Both the position numbers and the translations under genes were made by a program. The notes under the pieces were generated by a model, which was not told the origin of the DNA, ran no database searches, and worked only from the letters and a program-made list of their open reading frames with translations. Source: Gemmatimonadota bacterium (GTDB lineage: Bacteria; Gemmatimonadota; Gemmatimonadetes; Gemmatimonadales; GWC2-71-9). From it: a stretch of 47,512 nt of DNA. This document shows positions 1 to 8,611 of the stretch, piece by piece. The stretch spans positions 1-47,512 of the forward strand of contig QHTZ01000072.1 in assembly GCA_003221005.1 (NCBI GenBank), read 5' to 3'. The first letter of the stretch is position 1. Each line of letters opens with the position of its first letter.

Positions 1-1
1 C

Positions 2-373
2 GCCGCGCTGCCGCCGTCGAACACCGCGGGCGTGCTCGAGGCGCTGCACATCATGCAGGGCGAGCCCTGGCGCCGGGACCGGTTGTGGACGAACACGCGG
101 ATGCTCCAGGAAGGTCTGCGCTCGCTCGGCTTCGATATCGGGCCGACCAAGACGCCGATCGTTCCCGTGCTCATCGGACCGCTCGAGAAGACGTTCCTGT
201 TCTGGCGCCAGCTGTTCGACGCGGGCGTGTTCACCAACCCCGTCGTGCCCCCGGCCGTCCCGCCGTCGCAGTGCCGGTTGCGGACCAGCCTCATGGCGAC
301 CCACACTTCCCAGCAGATCGAGCAGGCACTGGAGACGTTCGCCCGGCTCGGCAAAGAGCTGGGGGTCATCTGA
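2..373 (+). CDS. spt: C-terminal part of a PLP-dependent alpha-oxoamine synthase, probably serine palmitoyltransferase (5' truncated by window edge)
   Basis: Frame from position 2 reads AALPPSNTAGVLEAL...TPIVPV...GVFTNPVVPPAVP...RLRTSLMATHT, a typical class II aminotransferase/AOS C-terminus. Spt rather than BioF/Kbl is inferred from the coupled bCerS-like and CerR-like genes. Confidence 0.7.
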   Translation, partial: AALPPSNTAGVLEALHIMQGEPWRRDRLWTNTRMLQEGLRSLGFDIGPTKTPIVPVLIGPLEKTFLFWRQLFDAGVFTNPVVPPAVPPSQCRLRTSLMATHTSQQIEQALETFARLGKELGVI

Positions 374-378
374 GCGCA

Positions 379-1485
379 GTGGAGATCGTGCCCGTCACCG
401 ACGGGCGCGGTCTCGAGCGCTTCATCGCCTTTCCCTACGAGCACTACCGCGGCGACCCGCTGTGGGTCCCGCAACTGCGGATGGACGTCCGCACGCTTCT
501 CTCTCCCCGGAAGAACCCCTTCTTTCAGCACGCCGAGGTGCAGTGCTTCGTCGCACGCTCGGACGGCCGGACGGTCGGACGGATTGCCGCGATCAAGAAC
601 GACGCTCATAACCGGGAGCACAACGACCGGGTGGGCTTCTATGGGTTCTTCGAATCGGTGGACGACCAGGCGACGGCGAACGCATTGTTCGACGCCGCAG
701 CCGCCTGGCTGCGCAACAAGCGGTTCGACACGATGCGCGGGCCGATGAACCCGTCGATCAACGACGACTGCGGCCTGCTGGTGCAGGGCTTCGAGACCCC
801 CCCGGTGGTGATGATGCCGCACAACCTCCCGTCCTACGTGGCCCTGCACGAACGCTACGGACTCCGCAAGGCCAAGGACCTGATCGCGTTCGAGTCCACG
901 AGCGCGCAGATCCCCGAGCGCCTGGCGCGAGCCGGCCGCGTGCTCGCGGAGCGGAAGGGGATCACGCTGCGCCCCCTCGACATGAAACGGTTCGGCGCCG
1001 AGGTCGAGCTCGTGAAGGCGCTGTACAACGAGGCGTGGGAGAAGAACTGGGGGTTCGTGCCGCTCACGGACGCCGAGATCGAACACCTCGCGAAGCAGCT
1101 CAAGCCCGTGGTCGTCCCCGAGCTCGTCTGCTTCGCCGAGCGCGGCGGCAAGGTCATCGGCTTCGGCGTGGCGCTCCCGGACCTGAACGTCGCGTTGAAG
1201 CACAACCCGTCCGGACGCCTGTTCCCCGGGATCCTCAAGATCCTGTGGCACGCGCGGCGCATCTCGCGCATCCGCGTGCTGCTGCTTGGCGTGGTCAAGG
1301 AGTACCGTGGCAGCGGCGTGGATGCGCTCATGTACCACTGGATCTGGGAGAAGGGGGCCGCGAAGGGGTACCACTGGGCCGAGGGCGGGTGGATCCTCGA
1401 GGACAACGTCCCGATGGTCAACGCCGCGCTGCGGCTCGGCTTCAGTCCGTACAAGACCTACCGGATCTTCGACAAGGCCCTGTGA
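379..1485 (+). CDS. bcerS: GNAT-fold N-acyltransferase, bacterial ceramide synthase (bCerS/YghO-like family)
   Basis: Motifs DPLWVP, NPFFQH, GRIAA, GFYGFFE, RGPMN, MMPHN, YNEAWEKNWGFVP, LPDLN, LLGV..YRG.G, WILEDN. Start is GTG 379, or CTG 370 overlapping the upstream stop. The ORF-track start at 85 is shadow extension. Confidence 0.75.
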   Translation: MEIVPVTDGRGLERFIAFPYEHYRGDPLWVPQLRMDVRTLLSPRKNPFFQHAEVQCFVARSDGRTVGRIAAIKNDAHNREHNDRVGFYGFFESVDDQATANALFDAAAAWLRNKRFDTMRGPMNPSINDDCGLLVQGFETPPVVMMPHNLPSYVALHERYGLRKAKDLIAFESTSAQIPERLARAGRVLAERKGITLRPLDMKRFGAEVELVKALYNEAWEKNWGFVPLTDAEIEHLAKQLKPVVVPELVCFAERGGKVIGFGVALPDLNVALKHNPSGRLFPGILKILWHARRISRIRVLLLGVVKEYRGSGVDALMYHWIWEKGAAKGYHWAEGGWILEDNVPMVNAALRLGFSPYKTYRIFDKAL

Positions 1486-2453
1486 AGGCGTTCGTCACGG
1501 GCGGGACGGGGTTTCTCGGCACCCACCTCGTGAACGCGCTGCTCGCCCGCGGGGACGACGTGACGTGCCTGGTGCGATCGCCCTCCAAAGCGGCGAGCCT
1601 CGAGCGGCGCCGCGTCCGGCTGATCCGCGGCGATCTCGATGACGCCGGCGCGCTACGGCGGGGGTGCGCTGGCGCGGACGTCATCTTTCATCTCGCCGGC
1701 CGCATCGCCGCGCGTGACTTGAACGCCTTCATGCACGCGAACCGCGACGGGACCGCAAATCTCCTCGAGGCCGCCGCCGAGCGGCCGCCGCGACGCTTCG
1801 TGTACGTGTCCTCGCTCGCCGCCGCCGGCCCGACGGTGCCCGGCCAGCCAATCGACGAAACCCGCCCCCCCGCCCCCGTCACGCCTTACGGCCAGAGCAA
1901 GCTCGCCGGCGAGGTGCTGGTGCGCGCGGTGGCGTTTCCCTGGACTGTCGTGCGGCCGCCGCTCGTGTACGGCGAGTGGGACCGCGCGACGTTGGCGATT
2001 TTTCGTCTGGCGAACCGGGGGATCGTGCCGCTGTTCGGCGACGGGTCGCAGCAACTCTCTCTGATCTACGGGGCGGACGTGGCGGCGGCGCTCGTCGCCG
2101 TGATCGCAACGGAGCGCACGGTGGGCCGCGTATATTTTGCGGCGCACCCGGAGATCACGACGGCGCGAGAGCTCGCACTGGCGGTGGGCCGCGCGCTGGG
2201 GAAGAGGCCGCGCGTGCTCCCGGTCCCGGCGCCGGTCGCGCGCGCGGTGCTGTGGACGGTGGGCACGCTCGCGCGCGTCGCCGGTCGGGCCGCCCTGTTG
2301 TCGCCCGAGAAGGCACCAGACTTTCTCGCCCCCGCCTGGACGTGCCGCGCAGACGCGCTCCGGACCGACGCGGGATGGGAAGCGCGCACCGACCTCGTCA
2401 CGGGAGTGGCCCGCACGGCGGCGTGGTATCGCAAGGAGGGATGGCTCGGGTGA
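1482..2453 (+). CDS. Extended SDR NAD(P)-dependent epimerase/reductase, candidate ceramide/3-keto reductase
   Basis: GTGA overlap with the upstream stop; MKAFVTGGTGFLG Rossmann motif, HLAG, YVSS, YGQSK catalytic YxxxK, RPPLVYG. Confidence 0.8.
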   Translation: MKAFVTGGTGFLGTHLVNALLARGDDVTCLVRSPSKAASLERRRVRLIRGDLDDAGALRRGCAGADVIFHLAGRIAARDLNAFMHANRDGTANLLEAAAERPPRRFVYVSSLAAAGPTVPGQPIDETRPPAPVTPYGQSKLAGEVLVRAVAFPWTVVRPPLVYGEWDRATLAIFRLANRGIVPLFGDGSQQLSLIYGADVAAALVAVIATERTVGRVYFAAHPEITTARELALAVGRALGKRPRVLPVPAPVARAVLWTVGTLARVAGRAALLSPEKAPDFLAPAWTCRADALRTDAGWEARTDLVTGVARTAAWYRKEGWLG

Positions 2454-3340
2454 AAGACGGGAAGCTGGCCCTGGTCGACCTCGCGACGTTGATCTATGTC
2501 GCCGTGAGCACGGTGGCCGTCCTCGTCTTCACCGGGGGTGACCGCGTGGGATCGATCGCGCTCTTGAGCGCGCATATCCTCGCGGTGTGTCTCGTCCTGC
2601 TCGCGCCGCAGGCCCGCGCGGACGGTCCGACTGGGCGGTTCGCAGGTGACTGGTACCCGTTGCTGCTCCTGGGCGCGTTCTACGCCGAGGTCGGGGTCCT
2701 GAACGTCGACGTCGGCTATCACCACGACCTCGCGATCCAGCGCCTTGAACAGTGGGTCTTTGGCTCGCAGCTGTCGTATCGCTGGATCCGGGAGATGCCG
2801 AATCCGGGGCTGTCCTGGCTGCTGCACTGCTGCTACCTCGCGTACTACGTGATCCTGTACGCGTCGCCGCTGGGCCTTTGGATCTCCGGCCGGCGCGACG
2901 CGGCCCGATTCACGATCTTCGCGGTCGTGGCCACGTTCTACCTATGCTTCATGGTGTTTCTGTTCTTCCCAGTGACAGGCCCGCGTTACGCGCTCGCGCT
3001 CGCGGACAACGCGGCGACGCGGGTGTGGCCGGCACGCGCGGCGCAGTGGGTCCTCGATCAGGGCGACTCCTGGGGCGCGGCGTTCCCGTCGTCGCACGTC
3101 GCCGGCGCGGTCGTGGCGACGCTGTGCGCCGTGCGCTTCTGGCGGCCGCTGGGACTGATCCTGCTGCCGTTCACGGTCGGCATGACCTTCGCCGTGGTGT
3201 ACGGCCAGTTCCACTACGCTGTGGATGCCGTGGCAGGTCTGGTGGTGGCGGTCGCCGTGTTGACTTCGCTCAACGCAGGCGCGACCCGCGTGGCCGCGGT
3301 GGCGCTGCGACCGTCCGCGGCCGAGGAGGCCGTTTCCTAG
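2450..3340 (+). CDS. PAP2-superfamily membrane protein, AUR1/inositol-phosphoceramide-synthase-like
   Basis: Multiple TM helices; [24 protein letters not shown] motifs (AUR1 D3/D4-like); GTGA overlap and AAGGAGG upstream. Confidence 0.75.
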   Translation: MKDGKLALVDLATLIYVAVSTVAVLVFTGGDRVGSIALLSAHILAVCLVLLAPQARADGPTGRFAGDWYPLLLLGAFYAEVGVLNVDVGYHHDLAIQRLEQWVFGSQLSYRWIREMPNPGLSWLLHCCYLAYYVILYASPLGLWISGRRDAARFTIFAVVATFYLCFMVFLFFPVTGPRYALALADNAATRVWPARAAQWVLDQGDSWGAAFPSSHVAGAVVATLCAVRFWRPLGLILLPFTVGMTFAVVYGQFHYAVDAVAGLVVAVAVLTSLNAGATRVAAVALRPSAAEEAVS

Positions 3341-3942
3341 GCGCTCCTGAGTGCCGCCGCCCGCGACGCGACCGTGTCGAGATCGCCACCCAACGCGTCC
3401 ATCTCGCGCTGAAACCGGCAGTCCAGGACGAGGAGCCCCACGACGTACCCCACCAGGTTCACGAGAAAGATGATCGTGAAGAGCAACGGATACGGGAACC
3501 AGATCCCGAAGTACAGCGCGAACCGCTTGCAGCCGGGATCGAGCCCGGAGCGGTGCGCGACGGTCGTCAGCAGCAGGATCGCGAGCAGGGCGAGCAGGAC
3601 CAGTCCGAGGGGCGCGAGCTTCGCATAGGCGAACGCCAGGAAGATCACGGCCTCGGAGGCCCGGTCGAGCACGTCATCCAGTCGCTTGCCCGCCTCGGAG
3701 ACGAGGCCGAACTCGCGCGCGATGCCCCCGTCCACGCCGTCCAGCACCTGCCCCACCGCCATGAGCACGAGACCCGCGCCGACGCGGCCCGAGGCGATCG
3801 CCGCCGCAGCCGCCGCGCTCACCCAGAACGCGGCCCAGGTTACCTGCCGCGGCGTCGCCCCGAGCTTCAGGTGCAGGAACCGCAGCAGCGGCCCAAGCAC
3901 GCGATCCGAGACCCGGCCGAGCGCCGGAGCGAAGTCATACAT
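3337..3942 (-). CDS. CDP-alcohol phosphatidyltransferase family protein
   Basis: TPRQVT and DGVDGGIAR...[10 protein letters not shown] signature; hydrophobic. Confidence 0.9.
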   Translation of the reverse strand: MYDFAPALGRVSDRVLGPLLRFLHLKLGATPRQVTWAAFWVSAAAAAAIASGRVGAGLVLMAVGQVLDGVDGGIAREFGLVSEAGKRLDDVLDRASEAVIFLAFAYAKLAPLGLVLLALLAILLLTTVAHRSGLDPGCKRFALYFGIWFPYPLLFTIIFLVNLVGYVVGLLVLDCRFQREMDALGGDLDTVASRAAALRSA

Positions 3943-4378
3943 GGAGCCAGCCCCAGTAGAGCGCCACGTTCAGCACCAGCAGCACCGTAAAGAGAATGCC
4001 TTCCTTTACCTTGTCAGGCACGCTCGCCAACCACCCCCGCGTGACGTACGCGGAGTACGGGTAGAACGGCATTTTCTCGAAGCGCACGCTGTAGTCCATG
4101 GCCACGTGGATCGCGAAGAACAAAATCGGGACGATCGTGCCGAGGAATAGGGACAGGGGAACAATCCATAACAGGGCTACGGGCTCCTGCAGCGACGAGC
4201 GCCAGTAGTAGCCCCGCTTGTCCCGCAGTCCCACAGCCCGCAGGTAGTAGGGCGCCTTGACCGCGTGGTCGATGTCGACCCCCATGCCGAAGGCGTACGC
4301 GAGCACCTTGTCGCGGCCCTCGAGCCCCAGGGCCTGCACGCCCAGCGTCGTCGCGAGGAAGTGCGTCACGATCGTCAC
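3935..4378 (-). CDS. Small membrane metal-dependent hydrolase (YdjM-like)
   Basis: GTG start overlapping the upstream TGA; VTH...GVDIDH...IHVAMD...PFYP pattern; about 4 TM segments. Confidence 0.6.
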   Translation of the reverse strand: MTIVTHFLATTLGVQALGLEGRDKVLAYAFGMGVDIDHAVKAPYYLRAVGLRDKRGYYWRSSLQEPVALLWIVPLSLFLGTIVPILFFAIHVAMDYSVRFEKMPFYPYSAYVTRGWLASVPDKVKEGILFTVLLVLNVALYWGWLHV

Positions 4379-5370
4379 GGCACCGACTCCACGGCGGTGC
4401 GGCGCCCCGCGCTCCACACGAGCAGCAGACCGACGCCGATCCAGACGAGATCGCGGATGCGGGTGACGATTGCCGTGTAGACACCGAGGCGTGGATCGAG
4501 CCCGAGCAGCTGGAACAGCAGGTAGAGCGACGCTTCCTTCGTCCCCACTTCGAAGGGCACGACGAACAGGACGTTCTGGATCAGCGACACGAGCCCGCCG
4601 ATGAGATACGCCCCGAGATAACCGATGGGCAACCCGATGGACAGCGCGACGAGGTAGTACTCGGCCATGTAGATACAGCGACTCAGGTATTCGAGGGCGA
4701 GCGCACGGGCGAAGCGACCGGGATGCCGCTGATAGAACTCCGCCATCTGCGCATCCATCTGGGCCAGGAGCTCGCGCCGCGGCTCGAACGCGCGGGCGAG
4801 CCGGCCGCACAGCGGCACGTGGTGGAGCGCGTCGAGCAGCTTCTCGAGCGCGCCCCGCCGGTGCCCGGAGAAGAGCACAGCCGTGAGCGCTCCGACCGTG
4901 AGCGTCGCCACGCTCAGGGCGATGAGCAGAGCTGCGTCATGCGGCAGCATCACGAACCCGAGCAGCAGCGCCGTGAGCCAGCTCAGGAGAAAGCTGAGGC
5001 CGCGCAGCACGTTGTGGATGAGCACGGAGCCGGCGGCGCGCCGCGTGGAGACCCAGGGTGCGACGGCCGCGATCTTGAACGGCTCGCCGCCCACGTTCAC
5101 CATCGGCGTGACGAAGTTGAGGGCGAACCCCGACGCCGTGACCGCATACAGGCGCCAGAACGAGGGCCGGCGTGGCTCGCCTGCGAGGATCAGCCGCCAT
5201 GCCGCGGCGTTGCACGCGTACACGAAGCCGTACAAGAGGAGGATCGGGAGGAACATCCAGCCGGTCTCGGCCGCGTCGGCGATCAGCGCCGCCAGGCCGA
5301 TGCGGGAAATCAGATATGCGAACAACGCCGACCCGCCGGCGAACAGCAGCAGCCGGGCGCGCCGGCTCAT
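4375..5370 (-). CDS. Lysylphosphatidylglycerol-synthase TM domain / UPF0104 flippase-like membrane protein
   Basis: W..IL, ALNFVTPMVNVGGEPFK, VPFEVGTKE, TRIRDLVW motifs; about 8 TM helices. Confidence 0.85.
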   Translation of the reverse strand: MSRRARLLLFAGGSALFAYLISRIGLAALIADAAETGWMFLPILLLYGFVYACNAAAWRLILAGEPRRPSFWRLYAVTASGFALNFVTPMVNVGGEPFKIAAVAPWVSTRRAAGSVLIHNVLRGLSFLLSWLTALLLGFVMLPHDAALLIALSVATLTVGALTAVLFSGHRRGALEKLLDALHHVPLCGRLARAFEPRRELLAQMDAQMAEFYQRHPGRFARALALEYLSRCIYMAEYYLVALSIGLPIGYLGAYLIGGLVSLIQNVLFVVPFEVGTKEASLYLLFQLLGLDPRLGVYTAIVTRIRDLVWIGVGLLLVWSAGRRTAVESVP

Positions 5371-6425
5371 AGGGTCGCGGCTGTGGGCACCTGGTCGGCT
5401 GTGCGCGAGGCCTCGTAGGCGAGCTCGAGCACCGCGGCGACCTGCGCGATGTCCTCGAGTTGCGCCGTTCCCTCACCCTCCTCCCGGTCGAGCGCTGCTA
5501 CGAACTCCCGAAACAGACCGGCGAACCAGCGCCAGTAGGAGGCCTTGTCGAGCTCGCGCGAGAAGTCGAGCCGCTCGGTCCGCCCGCTCCCGTCGAGCCG
5601 CAGCTCTCCACCCACCCACTCGATCGTCCCGGCGTCCCCGATGAAGCGCATCCGGTTCTCACGGTGGCGCGCGGCCCAGGTGAGGAACATGACCGCGAGC
5701 CGGTCGGGATAGGCGAGGACGAGGCTCGCCGTGTCCTCCACGTCGTACTGCCGGTGCAACAGCCGGCCGGTCCATGCGTGGACGACGGACGGCATGCCGG
5801 CGATGTCCAGCACCTGATAGAGTAGGTGCGTCCCGTGGTCCAGCAGCACGCCGCCGCGGCTCGCCCCGCTCGTCCCCCGCCAGGGACGGGCGTCCGGCCG
5901 CGCTCCCCCTCCGCCCCCTCCCCCGGGGTCGGCGAACTGGCGGTACACGGCGAACTCCGCGAGGTGCCAGCGCCCGATCAGCCCGGCCCCTAGCCACTCG
6001 CGCACCTTGAGCCAGCCGGGGTTGTGCCGGTACTGGTGGCACGGCATCACGATCCGCGAGTGCGCGCGGGCCGCGGCGGCCACTTGCGCAGCTTCCGCGC
6101 GGTTGAGCGCGACAGGCTTCTCGCAGATGACGTGGGAGCCACGCTCCAGCCCCCACAGCACGAGCTCGAGGTGGGACGCGGTGGGCGTGCACACGTCGAT
6201 GAAGTCGAGCGGACCGAATCGCTCCAGCTCGTCCAGGCGCCGCAGCAACGGGAGGCCATCGACCGGCGGCACGTCGGCGCTATCCACCACGGCGACGATC
6301 TCGACGCGGTCCCGCACGCCTGGGCCCTGGCGAAAGGCCGGGAGGTGGGCGCTGCGCGCGATTCCCCCCGACCCGATGACGGCACCCCGATAGACGCGTC
6401 GGGGAGCGGCGGCGTCAGTAGGCAC
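5367..6425 (-). CDS. Gfo/Idh/MocA family NAD(P) oxidoreductase
   Basis: IGSGGIA, VCTPTASH, HVICEKPVA, GGVLLDHGTH, VEDTA. Confidence 0.92.
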   Translation of the reverse strand: MPTDAAAPRRVYRGAVIGSGGIARSAHLPAFRQGPGVRDRVEIVAVVDSADVPPVDGLPLLRRLDELERFGPLDFIDVCTPTASHLELVLWGLERGSHVICEKPVALNRAEAAQVAAAARAHSRIVMPCHQYRHNPGWLKVREWLGAGLIGRWHLAEFAVYRQFADPGGGGGGGARPDARPWRGTSGASRGGVLLDHGTHLLYQVLDIAGMPSVVHAWTGRLLHRQYDVEDTASLVLAYPDRLAVMFLTWAARHRENRMRFIGDAGTIEWVGGELRLDGSGRTERLDFSRELDKASYWRWFAGLFREFVAALDREEGEGTAQLEDIAQVAAVLELAYEASRTADQVPTAATL

Positions 6426-7314
6426 TGGCCTCGCGCTCCAGGGCGGTGGACAGTGCCCCGGAGTTCGCCTCGTGGCTCGGCTGCAGGACCACGAAGAGCA
6501 GCAGGTTCATCGCCAGCACCTCGGTCCAGAGGTACGCCGACGGATGGCCGGCGATCCCGGCGAACCCGAGTAGCGCGAAGCGGATATTCTGGCCCAGCCA
6601 GCTGCACAGCGGCAGCAGTGGTTGCTGGCGCTCGCGATACGCGGCGCGGAACGACGGGGCGATGTGGACGCGCCGCAGCTGACGCAGCAAGTCCACCGTG
6701 CGCGGAAACAGCCACGTCTGGCGTAGCACATAGTTCGCATACACGGCTGCGGCAAAGCGCTGGAGCAGTGTCCCTTGTCCGGCGGCTGGCAGGTCCTCCG
6801 GGAGGTCCACCTCGCCCGTCGAGCCCTCGCCGATCGTCAGGTAGGCGTTGCGGATGAAATCCGCCGCCATGCTTTGAAGCGCGTGCGACAACCCCGCCAG
6901 GGCGGCCAGGAGCAGTCCGTACCAGTGCCAGCCCGCGAGCATGAGCCGGATGGCCAGATGGACGTAGAGGTTGACGAACCGCAGATGGTCGCCGATCCCG
7001 TCGAGCGAGCGCCCGAAGCGAGTGGAGGTGCCTCGCAGGCGTGCCAGCTGGCCGTCGGCCGAATCGAAGATGTCCGACACGATGAACAGGACGAAGCCGA
7101 TCGCGTTGACCCAGGGATCGCGATAGAGAAACAGGTGGCCCGCGACGAGGCCGATGAGGATGCACCACAGCGTGACCTGGTCGGCGGAGATCCCGGTTGG
7201 CTCGAGCGCGCGGGCGATGCGGATCCCGATCGGCCGGAAGAACCGGAGGTCGACCCACTCCTCGATCGCGACGCCCTTATGCGACAAGTCGTTCGGCGGC
7301 TTCACCGAGCACAT
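6415..7314 (-). CDS. CDP-alcohol phosphatidyltransferase family protein (long type)
   Basis: EEWVDLRFFRP, SADQVT, DSADGQLARLRGTSTRFGRSLDGIGD signature; start is ATG 7314 or GTG 7305. Confidence 0.9.
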   Translation of the reverse strand: MCSVKPPNDLSHKGVAIEEWVDLRFFRPIGIRIARALEPTGISADQVTLWCILIGLVAGHLFLYRDPWVNAIGFVLFIVSDIFDSADGQLARLRGTSTRFGRSLDGIGDHLRFVNLYVHLAIRLMLAGWHWYGLLLAALAGLSHALQSMAADFIRNAYLTIGEGSTGEVDLPEDLPAAGQGTLLQRFAAAVYANYVLRQTWLFPRTVDLLRQLRRVHIAPSFRAAYRERQQPLLPLCSWLGQNIRFALLGFAGIAGHPSAYLWTEVLAMNLLLFVVLQPSHEANSGALSTALEREASAY

Positions 7315-8611
7315 CCCTCATGGTGGCCAGCGCGGTCATCGCGTCGTCTTCCTGAATGACGAGCGGCGGGTTGATCCGGACTTCCGGATTGTAGATCATG
7401 GCGATCACGCCGCGCGCGAGCAACGTGTCGAAGATCCAGCGAGTCGTCTTCTTGTCGAGCAGGGTACGCGTCCCGGGCTTGACCAGGTCCATCCCGAGCA
7501 GCAGCCCGCGGCCGCGCACGTCGCTCACGATCGGCAGCTCGGTCTCCCACCGCTTCATCTCGGCCAGCATCTTCGCACCCAGGCGCCGCGCGTGCTCGAC
7601 GAGTCCCTCTTCCAGGATGGTCTCGAGCGTGATGCGCGCCGCCGCGGCCGCCAGGGGGTTGCCGCCGTACGACGACGAGCTCCCGCTCGGATTCGCGAAC
7701 GGCTTGGCGAACGCGACTTCCTCGCGCGCGATGATCCCGCTCATCGGGAAGCCGCCGCCGAACCCCTTGCCGATCGTCATCACGTCCGGGACGACTCCCT
7801 CGTGCTCGATCGCGAACATCTTCCCGGTGCGCCCGAATCCGGTGATCATCTCGTCGCAGATCAGGAGCGCCCCGAGCTCGTCCGCCAGACGCCGCAGCTG
7901 CTGCAGGTAGCCCGGCGGCGGCACCACGTTGCCCGCCGTCCCCTGAATCGGCTCCACGATGATCGCCGCCACATCACCCGTGGTTTCCACGTCGATCTTC
8001 TTCCGCAGAAAGTCCACGCAGTGCCATTCACACGACGGGAACGTCTTGTCGAACGCGCAGCGGGCGCACCCGGCGTACGGCGACAGGTAGCTTCCCGGCA
8101 TCAGGGGGCCGAGCTGGTGTTTGAAGCTCGCGCCGAGCAGCGGGAGCACCCCACCCGTCTTGCCGTGAAACCCGCCCCAGAACCCGATCAGCTCGCGGTG
8201 GCCGGTACGGGACTTGGCGAGGCGCACGGCCGCTTCGACCGCTTCCGCCCCGCTCGAATACAGCTGCGTGCGGTTGAGATCCCCCGGGGCGACCTCGGCC
8301 AGGAGCTTCACCAGCGCCGCCCGGTGCTCCGTGGTGAAGCTGCCCACGTGCACCCGCGCGATCTGGCGCTGGAGCCCCGCCACGTACTTAGGGTGGGCAT
8401 ACCCGAGGCTCGCCACGGCGACGCCGGCGAGCAGATCGATGTAGCGGTTCCCGTCGATGTCGTAGAGGATCGCGCCCTCGCCGCGGTCGATGCACAGCTG
8501 GCTGAAGAGCGCGACGCTTTGCGTGCCGGGGGCGAGGTAGCGCGCCTCCGCGTCGAACACCGACTTGGACTTGGCTCCGGGAACCCGAATCAGATGCTGC
8601 GCCTCGATCAC
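7277..8611 (-). CDS. Class III PLP aminotransferase
   Basis: DIDGNRYID, SSGAEAVEAA, GFHGKT, IVEPIQG, LICDEMITGFGRTG, DVMTIGKGFGGGFP, RGRGLL; GTG start overlapping the upstream TGA. Confidence 0.92.
   Translation of the reverse strand: MIEAQHLIRVPGAKSKSVFDAEARYLAPGTQSVALFSQLCIDRGEGAILYDIDGNRYIDLLAGVAVASLGYAHPKYVAGLQRQIARVHVGSFTTEHRAALVKLLAEVAPGDLNRTQLYSSGAEAVEAAVRLAKSRTGHRELIGFWGGFHGKTGGVLPLLGASFKHQLGPLMPGSYLSPYAGCARCAFDKTFPSCEWHCVDFLRKKIDVETTGDVAAIIVEPIQGTAGNVVPPPGYLQQLRRLADELGALLICDEMITGFGRTGKMFAIEHEGVVPDVMTIGKGFGGGFPMSGIIAREEVAFAKPFANPSGSSSSYGGNPLAAAAARITLETILEEGLVEHARRLGAKMLAEMKRWETELPIVSDVRGRGLLLGMDLVKPGTRTLLDKKTTRWIFDTLLARGVIAMIYNPEVRINPPLVIQEDDAMTALATMRDVLGEAAERLVA

Noticed and set aside
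2-373. Biotin synthesis bioF call
   Set aside because: No bio genes adjacent and the neighbours fit ceramide synthesis. It cannot be fully excluded because the PLP-lysine motif lies outside the window.
85-378. N-terminal extensions in the ORF track (85, 1035, 1976, 9268, 10900, 14088, 16113, 42445 etc.)
   Set aside because: They overlap upstream genes in shadow frames; real starts coincide with stop/start overlaps and family N-terminal motifs.
5900-5930. Gly-run encoding purine tracts (also near 10940-10960) as phase-variable or G-quadruplex elements
   Set aside because: They are in-frame GGN codon runs in probable linkers, with no evidence of frame disruption.
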